64,000 bases of DNA from Myxococcota bacterium. GTDB taxonomy: Bacteria; Myxococcota_A; UBA9160; JAFDET01. The notes beneath the pieces were generated by a model. It ran no database searches and was not told the origin of the DNA. It saw only the letters and a list, made by a program, of their open reading frames with translations. The stretch is taken from NCBI GenBank assembly GCA_028278065.1, contig JANQFA010000251.1:11186-75185 (forward strand), in the 5' to 3' direction. Below, in pieces: positions 35,267 through 44,700 of this stretch. Made by a program: the position numbers and the translations under genes. Position 1 is the stretch's first letter. Every line of letters begins with the position of its first letter.

Positions 35267-37987
35267 GTGGAGCGCAACGGCCCCGTCGCCGTGATCGACC
35301 TCGAGACCACGGGCCTCTCCGGAGATCCGGGCGCCGAGGTGATCGAGCTGGGTGCGGTCCTGCTCGACCCGGGCGTCGAGAGGGTCACCACGGCCCACAG
35401 CTTCCTGCGTCCGTCGCAGCCGCTGCCGCGCGTGATCAAGCGGCTGACCGGGCTCGACGACGGGGACCTGGTGGATGCGCCGCTCGCGGGCGAAGTGAGC
35501 GGTCCGCTGGGCGAGCTCCTCTCGGGTCGCGTGCTGGTGGCGCACAATGCGCCCTTCGAGCGCTGGTTCCTGGCGCGCAGGCTGTGCAGCGAGCTCGACG
35601 ACGCGGAGTACCTGGACACACAGGACGTCCTCGCCCTCACCCACCCCGACTCGCCGGACCTGAGGCTCGAGACCTTCACGCGCGGCCTGCTCGGCACCGA
35701 CGAGCGCCATCGCGCCCTGGACGATGCCCTCGACACGGCGCGGGTCCTCTCGCGGCTGGGGCGCGGCGGTGACGCGGGCGAGGCCCGCTACGCCACCGCG
35801 CGAGCCGCGCTGGAGACCTGGGCGCCGGAATCGCCCTGGCTCTCGCTGCTGGGCAAGGAAGTGGGGCTTCCCGAGCGCGAGGCGCGCCCCGCCTACGTCG
35901 CGATCGCGGAGAGCGGCGAGCGCCCGGTTCCCTTCGACGAGGAGGCCATCGTCGCCGTCCTCGCGGACGAGGCCCGCTGCCGTCGCCATCTGCCGGGATA
36001 CAGGGCGCGCTCGCCCCAGCTCGAGCTGGCGCGCCACTTCGTGCGGGCCCTGCGCGACGGGGGGACCTTCCTGCTCGAAGGGGGGACCGGCGTCGGCAAG
36101 TCGCTGGCGTACCTGTCCGCGGCGATCCCGTTCGCGCTGGAGCGCGCCGCGTCCGGCGAGCGCGCGCCGCTGGTGGTCTCCACCCGTACCAAGCTCCTGC
36201 AGGACCAGCTTCTCGAGAAGGACATCCCCGCCGCGGCGCGTATCCTCGGCTACCCGAGCCTGCGCGCTCTCTCCATCAAGGGGCGCGCCAACTACGTCTG
36301 CCAGCGCCGCCTCGAGGCCGTGCTCGCCGAGGGTCGCGAGCCGCGCCTCTTCGCCGAGGATCGCCTGGCGTACGCCGCCCTCTTCGCCTGCGCACGCACG
36401 CGTCCCTTCGGAGAGATCGGAGCGCTTCCCCCCGCGCTGCTGCGGCGCTTCCAGGCGCTCCACGGTCTGCGTCGCCGCTCGGTGTCGCCGCGGGCGCAGC
36501 ACTGCAGCCGCGAGGACTGCGCGCGGCAGCCGGACTGTCCCTTCGGCCGCCGCCGCGCCGCCCTGGGCGACGCGCACCTGGTCGTGGCCAATCACGATCT
36601 CCTGCTGCGCTGGCCGCCCGACTACCCCCCGTTCGAGCACGTCGTCGTGGACGAGGCCCACGAGCTGGTCGACGTGGCGGACGAGGTCTTCGCAGTCGAG
36701 GTCCGGCCCGAGGAGGTGCTCGACCGCTTCGACGAGGTGTTCGGTCCGCCCGGACAGAAGGGGGGCGCCGCGCTCCTCTCCGCCAGACGTCGGCGCAGCT
36801 CGGCGAAGGATGCCCAGGCCTGGCGTCGCGCCCTGGCCCTGGACATGCGCGAGCTGGGGCGCTCCCTCGCCGCCCGCTCGGGTGAGTGGGGCGACATCCA
36901 GCTTCCGGACCCGCCCGGGGAGGGCTTCGAGGACGCCATCGAGACGGCGGACACCGCGGCGCGACGGCTCGACGAGGTGGCCGACGCCATCGACGGGATG
37001 GCGGACGAGGAGCGCGAGGAGCGCGGGGCCGCGCTCCTGCGCGTGACCGAGGAGCTGCGCGAGGCCGCACGCGGGCTGCGGCTGGCCTTCACGGGCAGCG
37101 ACGGCGAGGCCGTCGCCGCCTTCGAGCGGGTGCTGCCGCCCTACGATCGCTGGCGGCTCGCGGTGCGCCCGGTCTCGCCGGCCGATCCCTTCCACGAGCG
37201 CTTCCTCGAGGGGCTCACCACGTTCGCGGGCGTGTCCGCCAGCCTCTTCGTGGCCGACGATGCGTTCCCCGCCGTGGGCCTCCTCGAGCTGGAGGAGCGC
37301 AGCCCGGAGCCGGTGCAGCGCTTCTCCGTGCCGAGCCCGTTTCCCTATGCCGAGCACATGCGTGCGGTGGCCATGGACCCCGAGGGCGATCTCGTCGAGG
37401 AGACGGCCGCGGTCCTCGGCGATCTCGCCCTGCGCCTGGGCGGGCGCACTCTGGGGCTCTTCACCAGCCTGGCGCGCATGAACAGGGTGGCGGAGCTGCT
37501 CAGCGAGCGCCTGCGGCCACACGGCATCGAGGTGCTCGCCCCGCGCAGCGGCGCCGACGATCCCAACGCCCTCGTCGAGCGCTTCCGACGCGGAGGCGAG
37601 GCGGTGCTGCTGGGAGCGCGCACCTTCTGGCAGGGCCTCGACATCCCGGGCCCCGATCTGCAGGCGCTGGTGATCGAGAAGCTGCCCTTCGAGGTGCCCA
37701 CCCAGCTTCGCAAGCGTCGCGAGGCGCGCATGAAGGCGGCGGGGATCGACGCCTTCGGACGCGATACGCTGGGCAAGATGCTCCTCTACCTGAAGCAGAT
37801 GGTGGGGCGTCTCGTCCGCAGCGAAGAAGATCGGGGCATCGTGGTGATCGTCGAGGGACGCACGGACCGTCGCTACTTCCGTCGCCTGCGGGATGCGCTC
37901 CCGCCGGGTGTGGAGTTCCGGGTGGCGCGCCGCGAGGAGCTGCCGGCCATCCTGGCGGAGGTCGGCGTAGAGGAGGTAGCGGAATGA
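35267..37987 (+). CDS. dinG: DinG-family ATP-dependent helicase with N-terminal DnaQ-like 3'-5' exonuclease domain
   Basis: Exonuclease motifs VIDLETTGL and AHNAPFE. Walker A GGTGVGKSLAY and DEAH box VVDEAHEL. Cys cluster (C-x..CARTR..HCSREDCARQPDCPF) consistent with a 4Fe-4S domain. GTG start. Confidence 0.85.
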   Translation: MERNGPVAVIDLETTGLSGDPGAEVIELGAVLLDPGVERVTTAHSFLRPSQPLPRVIKRLTGLDDGDLVDAPLAGEVSGPLGELLSGRVLVAHNAPFERWFLARRLCSELDDAEYLDTQDVLALTHPDSPDLRLETFTRGLLGTDERHRALDDALDTARVLSRLGRGGDAGEARYATARAALETWAPESPWLSLLGKEVGLPEREARPAYVAIAESGERPVPFDEEAIVAVLADEARCRRHLPGYRARSPQLELARHFVRALRDGGTFLLEGGTGVGKSLAYLSAAIPFALERAASGERAPLVVSTRTKLLQDQLLEKDIPAAARILGYPSLRALSIKGRANYVCQRRLEAVLAEGREPRLFAEDRLAYAALFACARTRPFGEIGALPPALLRRFQALHGLRRRSVSPRAQHCSREDCARQPDCPFGRRRAALGDAHLVVANHDLLLRWPPDYPPFEHVVVDEAHELVDVADEVFAVEVRPEEVLDRFDEVFGPPGQKGGAALLSARRRRSSAKDAQAWRRALALDMRELGRSLAARSGEWGDIQLPDPPGEGFEDAIETADTAARRLDEVADAIDGMADEEREERGAALLRVTEELREAARGLRLAFTGSDGEAVAAFERVLPPYDRWRLAVRPVSPADPFHERFLEGLTTFAGVSASLFVADDAFPAVGLLELEERSPEPVQRFSVPSPFPYAEHMRAVAMDPEGDLVEETAAVLGDLALRLGGRTLGLFTSLARMNRVAELLSERLRPHGIEVLAPRSGADDPNALVERFRRGGEAVLLGARTFWQGLDIPGPDLQALVIEKLPFEVPTQLRKRREARMKAAGIDAFGRDTLGKMLLYLKQMVGRLVRSEEDRGIVVIVEGRTDRRYFRRLRDALPPGVEFRVARREELPAILAEVGVEEVAE

Positions 37988-38742
37988 GGGGGCGCAACGC
38001 CGTGGTGACCGGAGCCGGAACCGGGATCGGGCGGGCGATCGCGCTGCGCCTCTCGGCGGACGGTGCCCGGGTCGCCCTGCTCGGTCGCAGGACCGAGCTC
38101 CTCGAGGAGACGGCTCGCGAGGCGAAGGGCGAGACCCTCGTCCTGGGCACCGACGTCACCGACCAGGACGCCCTCGAGAACGCCTTCGGCACGGCTGCGC
38201 GCGAATGGGGCCCGCTGCACGCCCTCGTCGCCAACGCCGGGATCGGGGGACCCAACGCACCCGGACCCGACGACCGCTGGGACGCGGTGGTGCGCACCAA
38301 CCTGGACGGCTCCTACTTCTCGATGCGCGCCTTCGAACGTCATCTGGCGGACGGGCCCGAGGCGCGCCACTGCATCTTCATCTCGTCGTGCGTGGCCCGC
38401 TTCGGGGTACCCGGCTTCACCGCGTACTGTGCCGCGAAGGCGGGCCTCCTGGGCATGACCCGGGCGCTCGCGCTCGAGTGGTCCGATCGGGGGGTGCTCG
38501 TCAATGCCATCTGCCCCGGCTGGGTCGAGACCGATATGGCGCGCGCAAGCTGGCAGGGGATGGCCGACGCGAGCGGACAGACCCTGGAGGCCGCGCGTGC
38601 CGAAGCCCTGGAGGTGGTGCCCATCGGGCGCGCGGCGGAGCCCGACGAGATCGCCGCCCTGGTGGCCTTCCTGCTGGGCCCCGGCGGCGGACCGTTCACG
38701 GGACAGGCCTTCGATCCGAACGGTGGATCGTGGATGGGCTAG
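37984..38742 (+). CDS. SDR oxidoreductase (FabG-like)
   Basis: ATGA overlap with dinG. Motifs TGAGTGIGRAIA, NAGIGG and YCAAKAG. Confidence 0.9.
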   Translation: MRGRNAVVTGAGTGIGRAIALRLSADGARVALLGRRTELLEETAREAKGETLVLGTDVTDQDALENAFGTAAREWGPLHALVANAGIGGPNAPGPDDRWDAVVRTNLDGSYFSMRAFERHLADGPEARHCIFISSCVARFGVPGFTAYCAAKAGLLGMTRALALEWSDRGVLVNAICPGWVETDMARASWQGMADASGQTLEAARAEALEVVPIGRAAEPDEIAALVAFLLGPGGGPFTGQAFDPNGGSWMG

Positions 38743-40691
38743 GCGCCGCGCGCCGGCTCCTTCTCGCGCTGGCCCTGGCGGCGGGGCCGGCCGGGGTGGT
38801 CGACGCCCTGGAAGAGGTGCCGCGCTTCGAGGAGGCGCCGTGTCCGATGAAGGGCGTGAGTGGGGCCGCCGCGGGCACCGTCTCGTGTGGCTTCCTCGTG
38901 GTACGCGAGGATCGGGAGGACGCGGAGAGCCGGCTCCTGCGCCTGGCCGTGGCACGCATTCCCGCGCGCGGCGACGAGCCCCGGCCCGATCCGGTGATCT
39001 ACCTGCACGGCGGTCCGGGTGGCAGCGCCACCGAGTACTGGGAGGACTGGCTGGACGATCCCTTCCTGGAGCAGCGCGAGCTGATCCTCCTGGACCAGCG
39101 CGGCACCGGCCACTCGCGGCCCGCGCTGTGTCCGGACCTGGGCGTCGAGGACTACCGTCTCCTGGCGGCGGATCTCTCGCCCGGGGCCGAGATGGCGGCG
39201 CGGGTGGAGACCGCGCTGGCCTGCCGCAACGAGCTGGCCGAGGCGGGCTTCGACCTCGGCGCCTACAACAGCGAGGCCAGCGCGCGCGACGTGGCCGAGC
39301 TGCGCCACGTGCTGGGCTTCGACAGCTGGAACGTCGTGGGGATCTCCTATGGGACGAAGCTCGCGCTCACGCTGCTGCGGGACGCGCCCGAGGGAGTCCG
39401 CGCGGTCGTGCTCGACTCGGTGTATCCGCCCGGAATCCCGGGGAACGTCCAGTTCAAGGAGCTCGAGCGCGCCTTCGGCGAGCTGCTGGAGGGCTGCGCC
39501 GCCGACGAGTCCTGCCGGGCGGCCCATCCGGACCTGGCCGGCGAGCTCCTCGCGGCGCTGCGCGACCTCGAAGCCGACCCGCTCGAGGTGCCGGTCAGCG
39601 ACCGCGAGGTGGTGCCGTCCGGGTCCTACTTCATGAATGCCCAGGATCTCGCGATCGGACTGCACCAGGGTCTGTATGATCGGCGCGTGATCCCGCTCCT
39701 CCCCCACATGCTGCGCATCGCAGGGGAGCGGGACGCCGAAGTGCTGGCCGCGGTCGTGGAGAGCGGTGTCCATCGGGCCAGGGGCATCAACCGCGCGGTC
39801 TACCACTCGGTGGAATGCTACGAGCGCGGGCCCTTCATGCTCCCGCCCCAGCCGGGCAGGCGTTTTCCGGAGATCCGGCCCTACGCGATCTACTTCGACG
39901 TCGACCGGCCGGTCTGCCGTGAGTGGTGGGACGTGCAGGCGGGGCCGGAGGAGGCGCGGCCGGTGAAGAGCGACCTTCCCATCCTGATCCTGGCGGGACA
40001 GTACGATCCCATCACGCCGCCCGCCTGGGGGCGCATGGCCGGGGAGACGCTCCCGAACAGCCACTACCTCGAGTTCCCCGGCGTCGGCCACGCGGCCCTG
40101 CGCAGCGGCGACTGCGCCGAGTCGATCCTGGTGTCCTTCCTCGAAGAGCCGGGCGCGCCCGTGGACGCGGGCTGCATCGCCGAGATGTCGGGGCCGGAGT
40201 TCGTGACCGAGCTCCTGCGCGAGCCCGGCGTCTACCGGCTGGTCAAGGCGCTGGCGATCGAGCCCAGTCGCGTCGCGCGCTTCGCGCTGGCGCTGGTGGT
40301 GACCGGGCTCCTGGTGGGCGCGCTCGGCTGGCCCATGGCGGGCGCGACCCGCGGACGCCGCGGGACACCGCGGCCCAGCTCTCCCGACCGCCGCGCGCGT
40401 GCGCTCTTCTGTGTCGCGTCGCTCCTGGCCTTCGCGTTCCTGGCGGGGCTCTTCGCGATGCTCTCCCAGGTGTCGGCGCAGAATCCCTTCGTGCTGGGGT
40501 TCGGCGTTCCTCCGGCCTGGGCCCCGCTCTTCTGGCTTCCCGCCGGGGTGGCGGCGGTGTCCCTGCTCGGCCTCTTCGTCCTGCTGCCCGCCTGGCGGAG
40601 CGCCCGCCCGCCGGCGCGCGCGATGCACCTGGCCGCGGTCGCCGCCTGTGCCGGATTCCTTCTGTTCTTCGCGTGGTTCGGGCTCCTGTAG
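38730..40691 (+). CDS. secreted alpha/beta hydrolase (prolyl/tripeptidyl aminopeptidase-like) with a C-terminal 4-TM region
   Basis: HGGPGGS and nucleophile elbow GISYGT. C-terminal hydrophobic segments. The only in-frame start is GTG 38730, which overlaps the upstream gene by 13 nt, so the start is uncertain. Confidence 0.75.
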   Translation: MDGLGAARRLLLALALAAGPAGVVDALEEVPRFEEAPCPMKGVSGAAAGTVSCGFLVVREDREDAESRLLRLAVARIPARGDEPRPDPVIYLHGGPGGSATEYWEDWLDDPFLEQRELILLDQRGTGHSRPALCPDLGVEDYRLLAADLSPGAEMAARVETALACRNELAEAGFDLGAYNSEASARDVAELRHVLGFDSWNVVGISYGTKLALTLLRDAPEGVRAVVLDSVYPPGIPGNVQFKELERAFGELLEGCAADESCRAAHPDLAGELLAALRDLEADPLEVPVSDREVVPSGSYFMNAQDLAIGLHQGLYDRRVIPLLPHMLRIAGERDAEVLAAVVESGVHRARGINRAVYHSVECYERGPFMLPPQPGRRFPEIRPYAIYFDVDRPVCREWWDVQAGPEEARPVKSDLPILILAGQYDPITPPAWGRMAGETLPNSHYLEFPGVGHAALRSGDCAESILVSFLEEPGAPVDAGCIAEMSGPEFVTELLREPGVYRLVKALAIEPSRVARFALALVVTGLLVGALGWPMAGATRGRRGTPRPSSPDRRARALFCVASLLAFAFLAGLFAMLSQVSAQNPFVLGFGVPPAWAPLFWLPAGVAAVSLLGLFVLLPAWRSARPPARAMHLAAVAACAGFLLFFAWFGLL

Positions 40692-40739
40692 GGCCCGTCG
40701 TGAGGGCGCCCTTGACGAAAAAGTGACTGTGAGTCACCT

Positions 40740-41750
40740 ATGGGTGGGAGGGGGGTCTTCTTGAGCCTGTACGTCCACGCCCTGGGTCACGCGCACCCGG
40801 CCACCGAGATCAGCAACGGCTTCCTCGAATCGCTCGACATCGGGACGAGCGACGACTGGATCCTGGAGCGGGTGGGGATCCGCTCGCGTCGCACCGTGCT
40901 GCCCCTCGACTACATCAGGGACACCCGCAATCGCGATACGCGCGGCGTCCACGAGGCGGCGCTGGAGACGCAGGCGGAGCTGGGTGCCCGCGCTGCGGAG
41001 ATGGCGCTCGCTCGCGCCGGCCTGGAGCCTTCGGACATCGGGATGGTGGTCGCGGGGACGTCCTGCCCGGACATGGTGGCCCCCGCGCAGGCCGCTCAGG
41101 TGGCGCGGGCGCTCGGCCTCGAGGTGCCGGTCTTCGACGTCGCCTCGGCATGCACGTCGTTCTTCGCGCAGATGAAGCTCCTCTCCGGAATGGGGGCGGG
41201 CGCCCTGCCCGCATTCGTCCTGGTGGTGGCCGCGGACACGCTGACCCGCACGGTCGACTACGACGATCGTTCCGCGGCAGTACTGTGGGGCGACGGAGCT
41301 GCGGCCGCGATCGTCTCGGGCAGCGAGCCGGGTCACGCCTGCGTCCTGCAGCCCCGACTCGACTCGAGCCCGGAGGGCGCGATGAAGGTGTCGGTGCCCT
41401 GGGCCCTCCACTTCGACCAGGAGGGCCACGCGGTCCAGAAGTTCGCCATCAAGAAGACGGTGGATGGGGTCGCGCGGCTTCGCGACACGGTGACCGAGCC
41501 GGAGCGTGACTTCCACTTCGTGGGCCACCAGGCGAACCTGCGCATGCTCGAGGTGGTCTGTCGCCAGTCCGAGCTGCCGCCCGAGCGGCATCACAGCAAC
41601 GTGGAGTGGTACGGCAACACGGGTGCGGCCAGCGCCGCGTCCGTCGTCTCCATGGGCTGGGAGAAGTGGACCGCTGCGGCCGACGTCGCGCTGGTGGGGG
41701 TGGGAGCGGGGCTCACCTGGGCGAGCTTCCTGCTGCGCTTCGGACCATGA
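40740..41750 (+). CDS. 3-oxoacyl-ACP synthase III (KAS III, FabH-like)
   Basis: Cys-His-Asn triad contexts ASACTSF, GHQANLRM and YGNTGAAS. A TTG at 40761 is an alternative start. Confidence 0.85.
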   Translation: MGGRGVFLSLYVHALGHAHPATEISNGFLESLDIGTSDDWILERVGIRSRRTVLPLDYIRDTRNRDTRGVHEAALETQAELGARAAEMALARAGLEPSDIGMVVAGTSCPDMVAPAQAAQVARALGLEVPVFDVASACTSFFAQMKLLSGMGAGALPAFVLVVAADTLTRTVDYDDRSAAVLWGDGAAAAIVSGSEPGHACVLQPRLDSSPEGAMKVSVPWALHFDQEGHAVQKFAIKKTVDGVARLRDTVTEPERDFHFVGHQANLRMLEVVCRQSELPPERHHSNVEWYGNTGAASAASVVSMGWEKWTAAADVALVGVGAGLTWASFLLRFGP

Positions 41751-44700
41751 TCCCGGCTCGGACGATCCGACGCCTGGCCGTGGTCAACCGTGGCGAGGCC
41801 GCGCTCCGCTGCATCCGTGCCGTGAAGTCGCTGCGCGCCCGGGAGGGGAGCGGCCTCTCGGTCGTGGCGCTCTACACAGCCGGCGAACGCCATGCGCCCT
41901 TCGTGCGCCAGGCGGACGCCGCGGCGGAGCTGCCCGGGGCGGCCGGTGCCGTCGCCGCCTACCTCGACCACGCGGTGGTGCTCGATGCCCTGCGCCGGCT
42001 CGAGGCCGATGCGGTGTGGCCGGGCTGGGGATTCGTGTCCGAGGACCCGGTCTTCGTGGAGCGGCTCGCGGGTGAGGGCATCACCTTCCTCGGACCGTCG
42101 GCCGACGTGATGCGCTCGCTCGGCGACAAGATCGCGGCAAAGCGGCTGGCGGAGAGCCTGGGCTGCCCGGTCTCGCCCTGGAGCGGCGGCGCCCTCGAGG
42201 ACGAGGAGCACGCCCGGCGGGCCGCGGAGTCCATCGGCTACCCGGTGGTGCTGAAGGCCTCGGCCGGCGGGGGCGGTCGCGGGATCCGGCTGATCCACGG
42301 ACCCGAGGACCTCGCGGCCGGGTGGCGTGGCGCGCGTGCCGAGGCGCAGATCGCCTTTGGCGACGACCGCCTCTTCGTCGAGCGGCTGGTGCGCGGCGGG
42401 CGCCACATCGAGGTGCAGGTCGCCGCGGATCGCCACGGCCACGTGCTCTCGCTCGGCTGCCGCGATTGCTCGGTGCAGCGCCGCCACCAGAAGGTGATCG
42501 AGGAGACCCCGCCGCCGGGGATGCCCGAGAGCCTGCTGGGCGACCTCGAGTCCGCCGCCGCCGACATCGCGGCCAAGGTCGGCTACTGCGGCGTGGGTAC
42601 GGTCGAGTTCCTGGTGGAGGGCAGCGCCTTCTACTTCCTCGAGGTGAATCCGCGCCTCCAGGTCGAGCACGGCATCACCGAGGCGGTGACCGGCGCGGAC
42701 CTCGTGGAGTGGCAGATCCGCATCGCCCGCGGCGAGCGCCTTCCGCAGCGCGGCTGGAGCCCGAGAGGGGCGGCCATGGAGGTGCGTCTCTGCGCGGAGG
42801 ACCCGGACGCCGGCTTCCTTCCGGCACCGGGGCGCGTCGGCCGTTTCGACGCGGCTCTCGGTCCTCAGGTGCGCGTCGACAGCGGCGTGGTCGCGGGCAG
42901 CGTGGTCCCTGCCGACTTCGACTCGATGCTGGCCAAGGTGATGGCCTGGGGCGACACCCGGGAGGAGGCCCGCGCGCGCCTGGCCTGCGCGCTCTCCGAC
43001 CTGGAGGTGGTGATCGAGGGGGGCGCCACCAACAAGGGCTTCCTCCTCGACCTGCTCGAGGATGCCGAGTTCCGTGGCGGCGGCGTCGACACCGGCTGGC
43101 TGGACCAGCGCGGGCCCGCGGGCGCCGGCGAGTACGGGGTGGAGGCCCTCGCGGTGGCGGCCATCCTCGCCTACCAGCGTGCGCGCCGCGCGGCGCGCAC
43201 CAACTTCTTCGCCGATCCCGCCGGCGCGTCGGGCGCGGTGGCACCCCCGTCGGAGGGACAGGAGATCGACCTCTCCCACCGCGGCGACGCCTACCGCCTG
43301 CGCGTCTACGCGATCGGCTCCTGGACCTACCGCATCCACCTGGACGCGCGCGTCACGACGGCTCGCCTGGTGGAGGACGGCGCGGGCGGCGCACGCCTCG
43401 AGCTGGGCGGGCGCACCTTCCGCGTCCTGCACGACGCGGGCGAGGCGGGGCTGCGGGTGGAGGTGGAGGGGCGCGTCCACCGCTTCGACTGGCAGGCGGC
43501 TGGCCGCGTGCGCGCCGGCTCGCCAGCGGTGGTCGTGGCCCTGCACGTCGAGCCGGGACAGCGGGTATCGGCCGGACAGGCCGTCGCGGTGCTCGAGGCG
43601 ATGAAGATGGAGATCGCCGTCGAAGCGCCGGTGGACGGCGTGGTCCAGGAGGTGGCGGCGCGACGCGGCCAGCAGGTCGCGGCGGGCGACGTCCTGCTGG
43701 TGATCGAGCCCGACGAGGAGGGGGGTGCGGCCGCGCCCTCGCAGCGCCTCGCACTCCCCGACGAGGTGGATCCCCTGCGCGTGTTCTTCCGTCCCGACGG
43801 CAGCGTCGATCTGGTGGGCGTGGAGGGCGAGCCTCCGGGCCGCCGTCACGCCTCGGTGCGTGCGGTGGGCGACGAGATCCGACGCGTGCTCCTGGGCTAC
43901 GATGCGGATCCCGAGCGGGTCGACGAGCTCCTCGCCTTCCTCGACGCTCCCCTGCCCGACTCCCTCTCCGCCGGCTTCCGCGCGCAGCTCGCGCTCGTGC
44001 GCCGCGAGGTGGTCCTCCTCGCCGACGTGGACGAGCCCTTCCTGCGCGCGCCCCGCGCCAGCGTGGCCGGGGCCCCCGGGCCGTCCAACGCGGCGCGCAC
44101 GCGCATGTTCGTGCGCCGCATGCGCGCGTCGGGTGCGGGCGTGGCGCCCGAGCACCTCGATCTCCTGCAGCGCGCCCTCTCTCACTACGGGGTGGAGGGG
44201 CTCGAGCCGAGCGACGAGCTCGAGCGCGCGGTCATGCGCCTCTTCGCCTCGCAGCGCTCGCCCGCGGTGAGGCAGCGCATGAGCATGGCCATCCTGCGCC
44301 GGCTGGCCACGCTGGCGGCCAGCGGGATCGCGCTCGGTCGCGACGAGGCGTTGCGCGATGGCCTCGGCCGCCTCGCCGGGATGCGCGGACACGTTCCCGA
44401 CGCGCTCGCGGACCTGGCTTCCGAGCTGCGCTGGGCGCTCTTCGAGGGGCCGGAGACCGAGGCGCGGGCCGAGGAGGGCACCCGTCGCCTGGAGCGATGG
44501 CTGGAGGCGGCCGACACGGGCGCCTCCGAGATCCCGGAGGACGTGCTCCTCGAGATCGCCGACGTCCCGCGGCGCGTGTTCGACCGGGTGGGTCGCTGGC
44601 TGGGCGATCCCGATCCCCGCCGCCGCGCCCTGGCGCTCGGCGCCCACCTGCGGCGCCTCTACAGCCCGCGCACTCCCTCCGGCCACGCGCTGCGCGGAAG

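Noticed and set aside
35267-37987. The exonuclease-DinG helicase fusion considered as part of an anti-phage defence system.
   Set aside because: The DnaQ-like + DinG architecture is a known housekeeping or repair form. The neighbours are an SDR and a hydrolase, not nucleases, methylases or other defence partners. No signs of an island are present.
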